Source: a virus. From it: DNA of 52,671 nucleotides. The notes below the pieces were generated by a model. It did no database searches and had not been told where the DNA came from. It was given only the letters and a program-made list of their open reading frames with translations. The stretch lies in IMG/VR virus record IMGVR_UViG_3300050821_015011. One strand, written 5' to 3'. Each line of letters opens with the position of its first letter. Position 1 is the stretch's first letter. The position numbers and the translations under genes were made by a program. Positions 16,805 to 25,701 of this stretch are shown here, piece after piece.

Positions 16805-16984
16805 ATGCGTGGTTTTGGAGGCACTCAAACGCAGGAGAAGCAAGTGAGACGCGAGAGAATCCCGATCGGAGATATCTACGCCGACGACGAGCCGAGGGCG
16901 CAGCGGCGCCTGGCGATCCTGCTGGCAATCGCGTGCGTCACCGCGGCTGGCGCGATCGGCTACGTCGTCTGGTGGGGGAGCTGA
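16805..16984 (+). CDS. small membrane protein (59 aa)
   Basis: Own translation MRGFGG..RRLAILLAIACVTAAGAIGYVVWWGS. Lies in the GC-rich island. Confidence 0.3.
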   Translation: MRGFGGTQTQEKQVRRERIPIGDIYADDEPRAQRRLAILLAIACVTAAGAIGYVVWWGS

Positions 16985-16987
16985 GCC

Positions 16988-17206
16988 GTGCCCCCGATGA
17001 GGCAGTACACCATCCGCGTGCGCGCGGGTGGCGAGGAGTACCCGTGGCGCGAGTACCCCCACCGAACGAACCTCGACGTGCGGGCGTTCGCGCGGCGCCT
17101 CGTTGACCAGAACTTCGAGGGCGCCATTGTCGAGGTCTACGATGGTGAGGGTGCGACCGGGACGCCGATCGCGACGTACCGCAAATTGAAGCAGAAGGAG
17201 GGATAG
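16988..17206 (+). CDS. hypothetical protein (72 aa)
   Basis: ORF in the GC-rich island, Shine-Dalgarno-led. Confidence 0.4.
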   Translation: MPPMRQYTIRVRAGGEEYPWREYPHRTNLDVRAFARRLVDQNFEGAIVEVYDGEGATGTPIATYRKLKQKEG

Positions 17207-17207
17207 C

Positions 17208-17675
17208 ATGAGGGAGACAGTGACGAGGGAGAAGATGAAGGACGGCAGCGTGCTCCTGCGCGCGGGGAACTCGATGTGCCAGATGATCGATCTCGGCAAG
17301 GGAGTCAGCCTGCACACGTGCCGGGGCATCGTGCTGGCGGCATTCGCCAGCCACGTCGTGGCCGACGGCACGCGCCAGCTTGAGGCGCACGAGCGCTGGG
17401 TGGTCATGGTGGACATGCTCGATTCAAAGAGCTTTGAAACCGGGTTCCGCGAGACGCTGAACAACTGGTTGAAAGAGCACCCCGGGGCGACGGCACACCT
17501 CCTCATCAAGTCGAAGCTCCTCGAGATGGCCGTCAGCCTCGCCAACTTCTTCACGGGTCGCGGCGCCGCTAAGGCGTACACCAGGGTGGAGGAGTGGATC
17601 GGGGCGGGCAAGCGGGAGGTAATCAACTTCCGCCGCCGGCCGATCTCGGACGCGCTATCGGGGCCGCCGGTGTGA
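17208..17675 (+). CDS. hypothetical protein (155 aa)
   Basis: ggaggg Shine-Dalgarno. GC-rich island. Confidence 0.45.
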   Translation: MRETVTREKMKDGSVLLRAGNSMCQMIDLGKGVSLHTCRGIVLAAFASHVVADGTRQLEAHERWVVMVDMLDSKSFETGFRETLNNWLKEHPGATAHLLIKSKLLEMAVSLANFFTGRGAAKAYTRVEEWIGAGKREVINFRRRPISDALSGPPV

Positions 17676-17690
17676 GATGGAGGCAACTGC

Positions 17691-17888
17691 ATGATGCCCA
17701 ATGTGCTCAAAATCGATCTACGGGAGCAACCTACCCTGAGGGAGGTGGAGCAGCAGATGATTGCTGCGGTTTTGCGGCGCTGCTCCTACAACATCAGCGA
17801 TACTGCAAGAGCGCTTGGTGTCAGTCGCCGCACTGTCCAGCGTCATCTCAATCCTCCCGTCCGCCGCCGTCGTAAGCGTCGCCGTTAA
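17691..17888 (+). CDS. Fis-family HTH DNA-binding protein (65 aa)
   Basis: LREVEQQMIAAVLRRCSYNISDTARALGVSRRTVQRHL matches the Fis/NtrC C-terminal HTH. Arg-rich tail. Confidence 0.6.
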   Translation: MMPNVLKIDLREQPTLREVEQQMIAAVLRRCSYNISDTARALGVSRRTVQRHLNPPVRRRRKRRR

Positions 17889-17894
17889 ATCTAG

Positions 17895-17903
17895 CTGGAC
17901 AAT
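17895..17903 (+). promoter_or_regulatory. motif-2 variant CTGGACAAT
   Basis: About 28 nt before the ATG at 17931. Confidence 0.4.
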
Positions 17904-17930
17904 TAGAGCATTCCCCGGCGAAGTGTCGAT

Positions 17931-18143
17931 ATGCTCTACGGCTGGGAGTACAAGGTCATTGAACGTCAGCCAGGCGTTCAGTTGGTTGCGGACCGGGAAA
18001 ATGTGTTGAATCACTTCGGCAGAGAGGGCTGGGAGAACTATGCCGTCGAAGTCACGCCACAAGGTGGGCGCGTTTACTATTTCAAGCGAGTGATGCCTCC
18101 ACCTCATGCCACTGGATTGATCGATAAGTCCAACAAGCCGTGA
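17931..18143 (+). CDS. DUF4177-like small protein
   Basis: MLYGWEYKVIE..LNHFGREGWE..YYFKR pattern. Motif-2 ctggacaat at 17895-17903. Confidence 0.45.
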   Translation: MLYGWEYKVIERQPGVQLVADRENVLNHFGREGWENYAVEVTPQGGRVYYFKRVMPPPHATGLIDKSNKP

Positions 18144-18568
18144 AGATCGAGCTTGCCTGCTCGGATTGCAGCTACGAGCAATGCTTCCAACGGCCGACTC
18201 CCCTCGGGGCTCGCAAGAAGGCAAAGCAAGATGGCTGGAAGTTCTGGAGAGGCAGCGGCTGGTGCTGCTGGCCGTGCAGCCTTGATCGCGAGCGTAAGGC
18301 CATCGACGATGGGAAGAAGGCAAGGCTCAAGGAACGGTTCCACGTAGTCAACAAAGAACGGATAGCGTTGATCAATAAGAAATTCCTGACTAGTCTCTCC
18401 GTCAAGGAATCGCGTCGGCTATCGAAACTACAACAGGAGCTGAGCAGGCTCGATCATATCCTGTTCCCTCTCAATACCGACTATCTGCGATGGATACAGA
18501 AAGAGACGACCGAGAACAAGAAGATCGCCGATAAAATCTCGAAACTTTTGAACGAGGTAACCCGATGA
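18140..18568 (+). CDS. Cys-rich basic coiled-coil protein (142 aa)
   Basis: GTGA overlap. CSDCSYEQC..WCCWPC. Confidence 0.45.
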   Translation: MKIELACSDCSYEQCFQRPTPLGARKKAKQDGWKFWRGSGWCCWPCSLDRERKAIDDGKKARLKERFHVVNKERIALINKKFLTSLSVKESRRLSKLQQELSRLDHILFPLNTDYLRWIQKETTENKKIADKISKLLNEVTR

Positions 18569-18999
18569 AGGAACCGATCGAAAAATGGGGGAAGGATCAC
18601 TTCAGCTTGCTTGCTTACGTCGAGGATGTCTGTGTCCACCAACAGTCCATCGATCGAGAGCGTATGCGGTGCAATCCACTGATTCATCCTCTCCTGCTTG
18701 GTTACCGTACGGGGAATTTGCCGGGTATCATCAAGGACGGGAAGTATGCTTATCCAACCCGTCTCAAAGGCGGAGCAGTCATTGAGGGTCACGACGACTG
18801 GAATGTGCTCGACGACTTGGAAGAGGCTGGCTATCTGGAGATCTACAGCCTCGTCAATGGGCTCGTGCGCATGACGCAAAAAGGTCTTGTTGTCGCAAGT
18901 GCACTACGGGCGCACAAGGCGAATGGCGGTCAGTTCGCTGAGTTTCATCTTGATCCGCGGCCTCCCCTCCAAAAGATGCTGGAACAGCTCAACGGATAG
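18565..18999 (+). CDS. hypothetical protein (144 aa)
   Basis: ATGA overlap. Confidence 0.45.
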   Translation: MKEPIEKWGKDHFSLLAYVEDVCVHQQSIDRERMRCNPLIHPLLLGYRTGNLPGIIKDGKYAYPTRLKGGAVIEGHDDWNVLDDLEEAGYLEIYSLVNGLVRMTQKGLVVASALRAHKANGGQFAEFHLDPRPPLQKMLEQLNG

Positions 19000-19022
19000 C
19001 CTGTAAGGCGCTCGTTCCACGC

Positions 19023-19031
19023 TCGTACAAC
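19023..19031 (+). promoter_or_regulatory. motif-1 TCGTACAAC
   Basis: 10 nt before the ATG at 19042. Confidence 0.5.
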
Positions 19032-19041
19032 AGGTACCAAT

Positions 19042-19578
19042 ATGCCGTCGAAGTCGTTCTTGTTCACTTCCAAGACGCAGTGGGCGTGGTTGCCGGAGGA
19101 CAATTCATGGCAGCTCCGCAATGCCCTGGAGGCGAGGATCGGCGGGTTTCACCTAGTCATCGGCGAGGTCAAGACAGGCAACTGGGGCGGCTTCCTCATG
19201 ATCGAAGGGGCCAAGGAGTACAACATGAGCTTCCTCGGTCTCTACACCATGTATGAAGCTGAACAGCGGGTCATCTCGGAGATGGCGAAGCTGATGGCTA
19301 AGGTCATCCACGATGCGGCCTTTCAGTTGCTATCTGGGGAGACAGCCAAGGCTTCCAGCAGCATCAATGGTCACGAAATTCTGAACGATGCCTTTACGGT
19401 GGTGAAATCGAGGGTGAAATCGATGTCGTCGACCGAGAAGCCGGTCTCAATGCCAGAAGCCGTGGTTCACGGTCGTGCGTTCGAGAAGTGTACATACTGC
19501 GAGATGTTTTTCAAGGATCACCCGGAGGTTTCTCCTGGGATGGTTGCCGTCTGCAACAAGGGGCATGTTAAGCTATGA
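19042..19578 (+). CDS. hypothetical protein (178 aa)
   Basis: TCGTACAAC at 19023-19031. Confidence 0.5.
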   Translation: MPSKSFLFTSKTQWAWLPEDNSWQLRNALEARIGGFHLVIGEVKTGNWGGFLMIEGAKEYNMSFLGLYTMYEAEQRVISEMAKLMAKVIHDAAFQLLSGETAKASSSINGHEILNDAFTVVKSRVKSMSSTEKPVSMPEAVVHGRAFEKCTYCEMFFKDHPEVSPGMVAVCNKGHVKL

Positions 19579-19925
19579 GATTACTTCGGAGCCTGATCCA
19601 GGATCTGGAACTAGGGCACGAGAGCGGGTTTCGTGTCTGCTGCATCGCCTGGTTCGTCTTGGTCTTTCATCCGCTTTGCGAGGTACGTCCGAGACTCAAG
19701 GAGAGATACACACGCTGGCTGTGGTGGCATCTACCAGGTGACTGGGCGCCGTACAACGTCCAGTACATTCCTTGTCCTATGTGCATCATGCGCGGCAGCT
19801 TCGATAAGACCTCGAATCCGTTCGCCGTCCGCGTGCCGGACGTGACCTTGCAGGATTACGAGGAGTTGATCAGCGCCGAGGATTTTTTCGACGATCCACT
19901 GTTTCCCGACGAAGAATTCCACTAG
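19575..19925 (+). CDS. hypothetical Cys-containing protein (116 aa)
   Basis: ATGA overlap. Confidence 0.4.
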   Translation: MRLLRSLIQDLELGHESGFRVCCIAWFVLVFHPLCEVRPRLKERYTRWLWWHLPGDWAPYNVQYIPCPMCIMRGSFDKTSNPFAVRVPDVTLQDYEELISAEDFFDDPLFPDEEFH

Positions 19926-19929
19926 ATCG

Positions 19930-20154
19930 ATGCCACACGTCGAGTGGGAGGATATGGGGTCGTGGAAGTACAGCCACTGGACTGAATCCTTCAACGAAGC
20001 TCTGGGCTTTCTTCCGGTCGCGATTAAGGCTCTTGGAAATCAACAAGACGCGGTTATCATCGCCAGGGTCGCCTGTGCACTGCATGCCACGTATCACCGT
20101 GGTCGCGGTGCAGCCAATAGCGATGCTCACTGGGCGACACTTGGGCCGCTCTGA
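19930..20154 (+). CDS. hypothetical protein (74 aa)
   Basis: ORF track. Confidence 0.35.
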   Translation: MPHVEWEDMGSWKYSHWTESFNEALGFLPVAIKALGNQQDAVIIARVACALHATYHRGRGAANSDAHWATLGPL

Positions 20155-20166
20155 GGGACAAGATAC

Positions 20167-20397
20167 ATGAGCAAACATCCAAACCATCGACGAGGGGAGA
20201 AGCGCGAGCAGGATAACGGGCCGACGTTCGAGAGCCATACGCCATCAGCCGGCTGTAACTCCACGCATGTGGCCCGCAGCCGAAAGAAGTGGAAGAGACG
20301 GGCAGCGCGCTCCGAGCGCAGGACTGGAACGATGACGCCGAAGGTTCATCGTCCGCTGATTGGTGGTGGCCGACCTCGGCATGACGACGAGCCATAA
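20167..20397 (+). CDS. hypothetical very basic protein (76 aa)
   Basis: ORF track. Confidence 0.3.
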   Translation: MSKHPNHRRGEKREQDNGPTFESHTPSAGCNSTHVARSRKKWKRRAARSERRTGTMTPKVHRPLIGGGRPRHDDEP

Positions 20398-20410
20398 TGG
20401 AGGCGCGATA

Positions 20411-20722
20411 ATGAGTGATGGGAAGGGTGGGGATATCGAAACGAGTGGGTTCGTACCGACAGAACCTCCCAAGCCTGGCGTCTATCGAATTTCTACGGGC
20501 GCCGGTGGTATGAATCATGACGGATCTCAGAAGCCTGGCGGGACGCTGTATTTTACTCTGGGACCTCATTGTGAGGGGAATCCTGAGGTACTGCGTTTCG
20601 AGCCGTCTGGTGAGGTGTTCGTGCGCGGCGAGAAGGTGGATGACAATAAAATCATATACGAAGTTTTCACCGATTGGCTCTGGAAGGCCGATGTGATGCG
20701 AGGCTTTAGGAAGGCACGATAA
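20411..20722 (+). CDS. hypothetical protein (about 103 aa)
   Basis: Internal ATG with aatggagg Shine-Dalgarno (MSDGKGG..). Confidence 0.4.
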   Translation: MSDGKGGDIETSGFVPTEPPKPGVYRISTGAGGMNHDGSQKPGGTLYFTLGPHCEGNPEVLRFEPSGEVFVRGEKVDDNKIIYEVFTDWLWKADVMRGFRKAR

Positions 20723-20934
20723 TGCTAAAGAGACGGGATACTCTTCTGTATATGATCGCCGATAGCTACAAGCGGATGGCGACCAACGACAGCCCGATTT
20801 ACCGCCGTGAACAGCTCGCGAAGTGTAACGAGTGGCTTGCGGAGCTAACCGAGATGTTCAAGTCTTCGCCCGAGCTGCTGATCACGCAATTCCCCCAGCC
20901 TGTCCCGCCGTCGAACGGTAATCCCATCTTCTGA
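20722..20934 (+). CDS. hypothetical protein (70 aa)
   Basis: TAATG overlap. Confidence 0.4.
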   Translation: MLKRRDTLLYMIADSYKRMATNDSPIYRREQLAKCNEWLAELTEMFKSSPELLITQFPQPVPPSNGNPIF

Positions 20935-20951
20935 CTTTCGTATAACCGGGC

Positions 20952-21215
20952 ATGCCGAAAATCAGCCCGAAGTTAGTTCCCTTCAGCGAAATTTCACAGG
21001 CCACAAAGAACGCCAAAAACGACCACGCCGATACGGCTACCTGGGTCCATAACCAGTGCTGGGCCTGGGAGGATGGAGACGCGCTCGTTGTGGTTACCGG
21101 CCGCTGTCCCAACACAAGCTGCTGGTGTATCGTTCGGTTCGGCGGTCTGGTGTCCGTCGTCGAGGCACCGAGTATCAAGGCTGCCCTCCTTCAGCTCGGT
21201 TTCGAGATGGCGTAA
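20952..21215 (+). CDS. hypothetical protein (87 aa)
   Basis: tcgtataac at 20938-20946, 5 nt before the ATG. Confidence 0.45.
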   Translation: MPKISPKLVPFSEISQATKNAKNDHADTATWVHNQCWAWEDGDALVVVTGRCPNTSCWCIVRFGGLVSVVEAPSIKAALLQLGFEMA

Positions 21216-21231
21216 TAATTCATTCTCGTCA

Positions 21232-21240
21232 TCGTACAAC
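21232..21240 (+). promoter_or_regulatory. motif-1 TCGTACAAC
   Basis: 4 nt before the ATG at 21245. Confidence 0.5.
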
Positions 21241-21244
21241 GAGC

Positions 21245-21697
21245 ATGATGTTGAACAATGGCAACGGCACCTTCACCGGGGGTCCGCTAGATAAGATCAT
21301 CATCCTGCGCGACATCAACACCGGGCGCTTCCACGTGTGCTTCATGGAAGAGATGCCCTTTCCCGGTCCGATCAAAGAAGTGGAGCTAACCGAGATCGTT
21401 CGGCTCAAAAGCAAGATGCACCACACCGAGGGGACAGCCACGATCGACGAGGCCAAAGTCGAGATGGCGAAGATGAAAGCCAAGCTCGTCTTGCCCCCGG
21501 AGAACTACGACATCGATCCGGTGGACTGGGATGGGATTATCCCGATTGTCGCCGTGGTTCCGAATTGGCGGCTGGGGACTCCCAAGGTGGCGCAGCTGGA
21601 CCCGGTAGTGGAGTCTCCGTCTGAGCCCAAGAAGCCGGAGGCCAAGAAGGATCCGGCGGATGCAGACAGTCGGTTCAGCTGGTTGGAAGTCGATTAG
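21245..21697 (+). CDS. hypothetical protein (about 150 aa)
   Basis: TCGTACAAC at 21232-21240, 4 nt before ATGATG. Confidence 0.5.
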   Translation: MMLNNGNGTFTGGPLDKIIILRDINTGRFHVCFMEEMPFPGPIKEVELTEIVRLKSKMHHTEGTATIDEAKVEMAKMKAKLVLPPENYDIDPVDWDGIIPIVAVVPNWRLGTPKVAQLDPVVESPSEPKKPEAKKDPADADSRFSWLEVD

Positions 21698-21974
21698 CCA
21701 CGCGGTGGCGGCGAAGCGGCAGCTGAAGTGTCCAAAGTGCGGTGGCCGCGAGCTTCGGATCCGCGAGCGCAGCATCGCCTACAGCGTTTTTGAGCAGGAC
21801 AAGAATGGCGCAATCCCATTCGAGGGTCATCACGGGCATGATCGCGTATTGGGTCTCGACGCCAGATGCCGTGGCTGCGATCATAGCTGGAAGCCGCGGG
21901 GTGTTATGCAAATCACGGACCTGGAAGGTTATGCCGGCGAGCCGCAATCGCCATACAAAGGCCCTAGCCGTTGA
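21660..21974 (+). CDS. zinc-ribbon protein (104 aa)
   Basis: CPKCGG..CRGCDH. Overlaps the upstream gene by 38 nt, so the start is uncertain. Confidence 0.4.
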   Translation: MQTVGSAGWKSISHAVAAKRQLKCPKCGGRELRIRERSIAYSVFEQDKNGAIPFEGHHGHDRVLGLDARCRGCDHSWKPRGVMQITDLEGYAGEPQSPYKGPSR

Positions 21975-22272
21975 AGTAACGGAACCCCTGGAAGCCACGC
22001 ATAGGGATCGGCTTAGGAAGCTCGTGGATCGCGGTGCTCATGTACACTCGTCCTTCATCCCTGCGCATGCCGATGACGACGTGGAAGGCGCGCACAGATC
22101 CATTCCAGACGAAGTAGATCCGGTCTGGCTCATCCTTGGGCAGTCGACCAAGCTGCCAGTAGTACAAGATCTCCGTCTCACCGGCGGCAAGTCGGCGTTC
22201 AACCTCAGCTTCCTCGGCTTCGACTTCCGCTAGTTTATCAGCTGGAATGGTAACGACGATGTTCTTGCCCAT
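21964..22272 (-). CDS. hypothetical protein (102 aa)
   Basis: ATGA overlap with the biotinyl-domain gene. Confidence 0.45.
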   Translation of the reverse strand: MGKNIVVTIPADKLAEVEAEEAEVERRLAAGETEILYYWQLGRLPKDEPDRIYFVWNGSVRAFHVVIGMRRDEGRVYMSTAIHELPKPIPMRGFQGFRYFNG

Positions 22273-22493
22273 CAGGTGCCGTCTTCTATGATGGCGACCA
22301 AATCCTCGACGTTGACCTGATCACCTTGAGGTCGGAGCCAGGTCACTTCGCCATTACATGGAGCAGCGACGGGGACCTCCATCTTCATGGATTCCATGGT
22401 CATTAGATCGTTGCCTTCATAGACTTGCTGGCCGACGCCGGCAGATAGCATCCAGATGGTGCCGGTGACTGGCGCCTTCACATCGACTTTCAT
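22272..22493 (-). CDS. biotin/lipoyl-attachment domain protein (BCCP-like, 73 aa)
   Basis: Hammerhead pattern with the ESMKMEV biotinyl-lysine motif. Motif-2 gctagacaat at 22523-22532 (minus) about 30 nt upstream. Confidence 0.7.
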   Translation of the reverse strand: MKVDVKAPVTGTIWMLSAGVGQQVYEGNDLMTMESMKMEVPVAAPCNGEVTWLRPQGDQVNVEDLVAIIEDGT

Positions 22494-22522
22494 GGACTAG
22501 GACACTAGGGAGTGCGAGGAGG

Positions 22523-22532
22523 ATTGTCTAGC
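22523..22532 (-). promoter_or_regulatory. motif-2 (GCTAGACAAT) -35-like element
   Basis: TAGACA, 17-nt spacer, TAGTGT, 8 nt, then the ATG at 22493. Confidence 0.45.
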
Positions 22533-22682
22533 TTGACAGGTGCCTCAGTCTTGGGGCTGCGCTGAGGCGCCGCAGTTACAGATCCGTGCAGGACCGCGGT
22601 ATGCGTTCCCCTGCGCCAGACAGTGTGCCGTGTCTTGCACCCACGGTAGTAACCCTCTGGTCTCGGACTCCCCAAAGCAATG

Positions 22683-23444
22683 TTACGCTGCTTTGGTCTC
22701 CGGTTTCCAGTTTCTTCCGCCATGTCTAAAGCGGCTGGACATGACGCTGGTGACGACCTTGCCGATTGCGTCGCTGACATCCGAGGCAGCGAAGGTACTG
22801 CTATAGATTGCATCCTGGTCGCAGTCCCAGCTGTTCTCTCCCTTGCCAGGCACTGGAATTGGTTCTTTCATATCGACGTGCGCCCGCATCATATTGTGTG
22901 TGGTTCTGAAGCGGCTGCGCGTCCAGCTGTCTTCCTTGATTTCGATCACGGCTCGATAAGCTTTCTCGGGCATGGGAATCAAAACCTCTTCACGCTCAAT
23001 AAGCCTTGATTCGTACTTCATTTTCCCCAAGAAGAAGTCGGGAATGTTGAAGCTTCCTTGCCGCCAGCGCGGAGTCTTCGAGTTCCAGCCATGGGGATCG
23101 GACCACACATGCCACCAGAGCGCCCAGTCATGGACGTGGATTGCCACTTCGCGACCCTCATATCCAGGAATCTTCAGGTCTCGTGCCCACTGGTAGACTT
23201 TTGGCGTCTCGAACATGAGCCAGAGAGATACCGGCGGCAGAGCGGCGTGGATCTTGATCTCTGGCTCGCCCTGGTCGAGCGTAGCTGAAAGCCCGCAGAA
23301 ATGAGACCAAAGGTGCCAGGAGAACTGGATCGTGAAACGGTCGTGGATGTGCCACCAGGCACGTCCGTGATACGGAAGTCCTGTTGGAGTGTGGCCGTTT
23401 GAGTCGGTCCGTTTTTCGTTGAGATTCTGCCAGTGGAAGTACAT
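22683..23444 (-). CDS. hypothetical Trp/His-rich protein (253 aa)
   Basis: Long ORF. A hairpin CCTCAG..CTGAGG lies just after its stop. Confidence 0.5.
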   Translation of the reverse strand: MYFHWQNLNEKRTDSNGHTPTGLPYHGRAWWHIHDRFTIQFSWHLWSHFCGLSATLDQGEPEIKIHAALPPVSLWLMFETPKVYQWARDLKIPGYEGREVAIHVHDWALWWHVWSDPHGWNSKTPRWRQGSFNIPDFFLGKMKYESRLIEREEVLIPMPEKAYRAVIEIKEDSWTRSRFRTTHNMMRAHVDMKEPIPVPGKGENSWDCDQDAIYSSTFAASDVSDAIGKVVTSVMSSRFRHGGRNWKPETKAA

Positions 23445-23476
23445 GTCGGCAGCCTATGGCAGAGGATCTAGAAAGT

Positions 23477-23938
23477 CTAGAACACTGATCCTCTTACATA
23501 CATCCGCATGATTTGCGCGGCTTTATCACCGACGTTCTTGATCTCAACCCGTAGCCATCTTCCGTAGATGGTGACCACGAACTTGCCCGTAGCCGATTGT
23601 TTCGTGGGGTCGTAGGACACCTTCAGAGCTTCACCGTCGTAGTTCAGGGCTGGCATTCCTTCATCGGTGACCCAGTGTCCGTCTTTTGCGACCTCATCAT
23701 TGGAGAAGCTGAACGTCATCTCCAATTTCTGATCGCAAGCGATGGTACCCAGGAAGCGGGTGAAGTTCTGAGCTGAGTGGTAGCCGCAGACTGACCCGCC
23801 TGGCGGAAGTGGCTCGGACATTCGATTGATCATCGTGAAGCGGGGATGCGTCAGGAAGTTCGGCTTGTCTGGTGGCTGAGGGAATACCCACGCGAAGATA
23901 ACGTTCTGTTCCAGCTTCGGATAATGCGTGTAGGGCAC
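23477..23938 (-). CDS. hypothetical protein (153 aa)
   Basis: ORF track. Confidence 0.45.
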   Translation of the reverse strand: MPYTHYPKLEQNVIFAWVFPQPPDKPNFLTHPRFTMINRMSEPLPPGGSVCGYHSAQNFTRFLGTIACDQKLEMTFSFSNDEVAKDGHWVTDEGMPALNYDGEALKVSYDPTKQSATGKFVVTIYGRWLRVEIKNVGDKAAQIMRMYVRGSVF

Positions 23939-23941
23939 AGC

Positions 23942-24253
23942 TTACCCCTGTTTGAGCTGGGGCATCGACCCGATCCTGGTCGAATGCGTCAGGGCCAGTG
24001 CCTCGACAACGAAAGACGTGGTGCCGGTCTGAGTGAGGACCCAGAATCCGTCGACGTTGGCACGATCATCGAAGGATGTGCCGCAGGCTATGTCGAACCA
24101 CTCCTCCTTATCGAAGGAGATCCAGAGGGTATTTACGCCTGTGTTTCTCAGGCTGATTTGGCGGGTAGGGCACTCGAATTCGATGAACTGTGGATTGCCT
24201 GGCGTGGCAATGGAGGCTCTCGACATCGGAGCCCCAGCGTCTGCGTGTCCCAT
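23942..24253 (-). CDS. hypothetical protein (103 aa)
   Basis: First gene of the leftward block. TGCTATAAC extended -10 plus caggagg Shine-Dalgarno upstream on the minus strand. Confidence 0.45.
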   Translation of the reverse strand: MGHADAGAPMSRASIATPGNPQFIEFECPTRQISLRNTGVNTLWISFDKEEWFDIACGTSFDDRANVDGFWVLTQTGTTSFVVEALALTHSTRIGSMPQLKQG

Positions 24254-24372
24254 TTCGTGCGGTACCTCCTGATTGCTGATCGAGTTATAGCAGCAATAGG
24301 ATCAGGAAGTACAACGAGATCAATCTAACTCGATCAGATCAAACTGTCACGTAGAACGGCATAGGAGCGGAC

Positions 24373-24382
24373 GCTAGACAAT
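24373..24382 (+). promoter_or_regulatory. motif-2 (GCTAGACAAT) -35-like element
   Basis: Conserved 10-mer. Motif-1-like aagtacaac at 24307-24315 and acgtagaac at 24349-24357 lie in the same divergent intergenic region. Confidence 0.4.
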
Positions 24383-24402
24383 TGGCAAGTCACCTGATTA
24401 CC

Positions 24403-24684
24403 ATGAAGAACATGAGCAAGAAGCCAAAACGGCGAACCCGCACCCAGGCCTATGAGGATGCTCTGGTGAACATTATGAAGCTGCGCGGGCTTTGCTGGGG
24501 GGGCAGCAGAAAGCGTTATGATCCTCAGCAGGTTGCTGCCGAAGTCATTAGACGATTCAATCCGAAACTGTTCGAGGAGCTAGATGGTTTATCGTTCCAG
24601 ATGGTTCACGTTCGTCAGGACTTCAGCGTGGTAATTCGGAAGCCTCTCAAGCGTACAATTCCCCATGCACGCAATCGGGCATAG
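24403..24684 (+). CDS. hypothetical basic protein (about 93 aa)
   Basis: Motif-2 gctagacaat at 24373-24382. The first in-frame ATG of the frame listed as 24382-24684, which begins with TTG. Confidence 0.4.
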   Translation: MKNMSKKPKRRTRTQAYEDALVNIMKLRGLCWGGSRKRYDPQQVAAEVIRRFNPKLFEELDGLSFQMVHVRQDFSVVIRKPLKRTIPHARNRA

Positions 24685-24949
24685 GCTTTGGCTCCGCGAC
24701 CAAATTCTTGCCGGCCTCTCTGCGAAGCAGAAAGAGCGACGGAAGGCTGTGGATATCGAATGGGTCGAGAATGAACGGAACTTCATGTTCGAGCAGGTGA
24801 ATCACTACCGGCAGCTTGCTGGTAAACCGCCCTTGACGATGGACAAAATCGTACGGGTCGAGACGATGGCAATGGGCCACTGTGACTATTCCAGCAAGTT
24901 CGCACTCTACTGTGCCGAGCTTGTGCTCGACGGAGATCCTGAGCCGTGA
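24665..24949 (+). CDS. hypothetical protein (94 aa)
   Basis: gcgtacaat at 24651-24659, 5 nt before the ATG. Confidence 0.45.
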   Translation: MHAIGHRLWLRDQILAGLSAKQKERRKAVDIEWVENERNFMFEQVNHYRQLAGKPPLTMDKIVRVETMAMGHCDYSSKFALYCAELVLDGDPEP

Positions 24950-25437
24950 ACGATATCGTTTTGCCGCCTGGTACGAAGCTTCCCCGAAAATTGAAAACAG
25001 AGGTGCTGATCAAAGCCATTGAAACTTTCATGGCGATCAATCCTGCCTACGCCTTTCAGGATGGGGCAGACGATTGCTGCTTCGAGGCTTCGGCGGAATT
25101 TGTTGGTCACCTTGACGAGATAGCCGGGATGCCGATGAATGTTGAAGTGCGGATGATGTTTTTCTGTAACCAGCGTCCAGATGGTCATGGGTGCTCTGAG
25201 GGAGATGAGAACCGCCGAAGCTTGCATATCTTCGATGATTTTCCGCTGGTCAAGAAGATCGATTTTGCCGACTACCTCAATCACACAGTGGTGTTGATTG
25301 GCAATTTGCACATCGATTTCACTGCGAGGCAATTTGATCCTGATGCATCCTGGCCGCTTATGTGGATAAAACAGCCGGCAACTGCTCGGTCTGACGCAAG
25401 CGCTTGCGTGGAGCTAGACAATTCGGCGCCGCTCTAA
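24946..25437 (+). CDS. hypothetical protein (163 aa)
   Basis: GTGA overlap. Confidence 0.45.
   Translation: MNDIVLPPGTKLPRKLKTEVLIKAIETFMAINPAYAFQDGADDCCFEASAEFVGHLDEIAGMPMNVEVRMMFFCNQRPDGHGCSEGDENRRSLHIFDDFPLVKKIDFADYLNHTVVLIGNLHIDFTARQFDPDASWPLMWIKQPATARSDASACVELDNSAPL
25413..25422 (+). promoter_or_regulatory. motif-2 (GCTAGACAAT) -35-like element
   Basis: TAGACA, 17 nt, CATTCT, 6 nt, then the ATG at 25450. Confidence 0.45.
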
Positions 25438-25449
25438 CATTCTGCCTCA

Positions 25450-25671
25450 ATGCAGGCATGGGATCGCACCAAACTTGGGTCAATGTTCGACGAATGGCAC
25501 ATCAGCGGTAAGCTGCATGGCAGCTTCTCGAAGGAGACGCTTAAAGAGGTCTGGCTGCATTACCACATGCTAGTCGACCAAGTTCGCCGCTTCGGATTGG
25601 TGTTGCGGCCTCTTGTCGAGGCTGAGGGGATTACCATGGAGAAGCTTCTGGAGGACGACGGGACCACGTAA
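25450..25671 (+). CDS. hypothetical protein (73 aa)
   Basis: ATG about 30 nt after motif-2. Confidence 0.45.
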   Translation: MQAWDRTKLGSMFDEWHISGKLHGSFSKETLKEVWLHYHMLVDQVRRFGLVLRPLVEAEGITMEKLLEDDGTT

Positions 25672-25701
25672 GCTCTACCGCATTTGTGCGTACAACAGCC
25701 T

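Noticed and set aside
16775-17710. 311-aa and 150-aa minus-strand ORFs across the GC-rich island
   Set aside because: Arg/Pro/Ser-rich frames typical of the reverse strand of high-GC genes. The plus-strand genes have Shine-Dalgarno sites and start-stop coupling.
22505-22813. ORFs in the 22494-22682 gap between two minus-strand genes
   Set aside because: The gap is better explained as a terminator hairpin (CCTCAG..CTGAGG) plus the motif-2 promoter for the biotinyl-domain gene.
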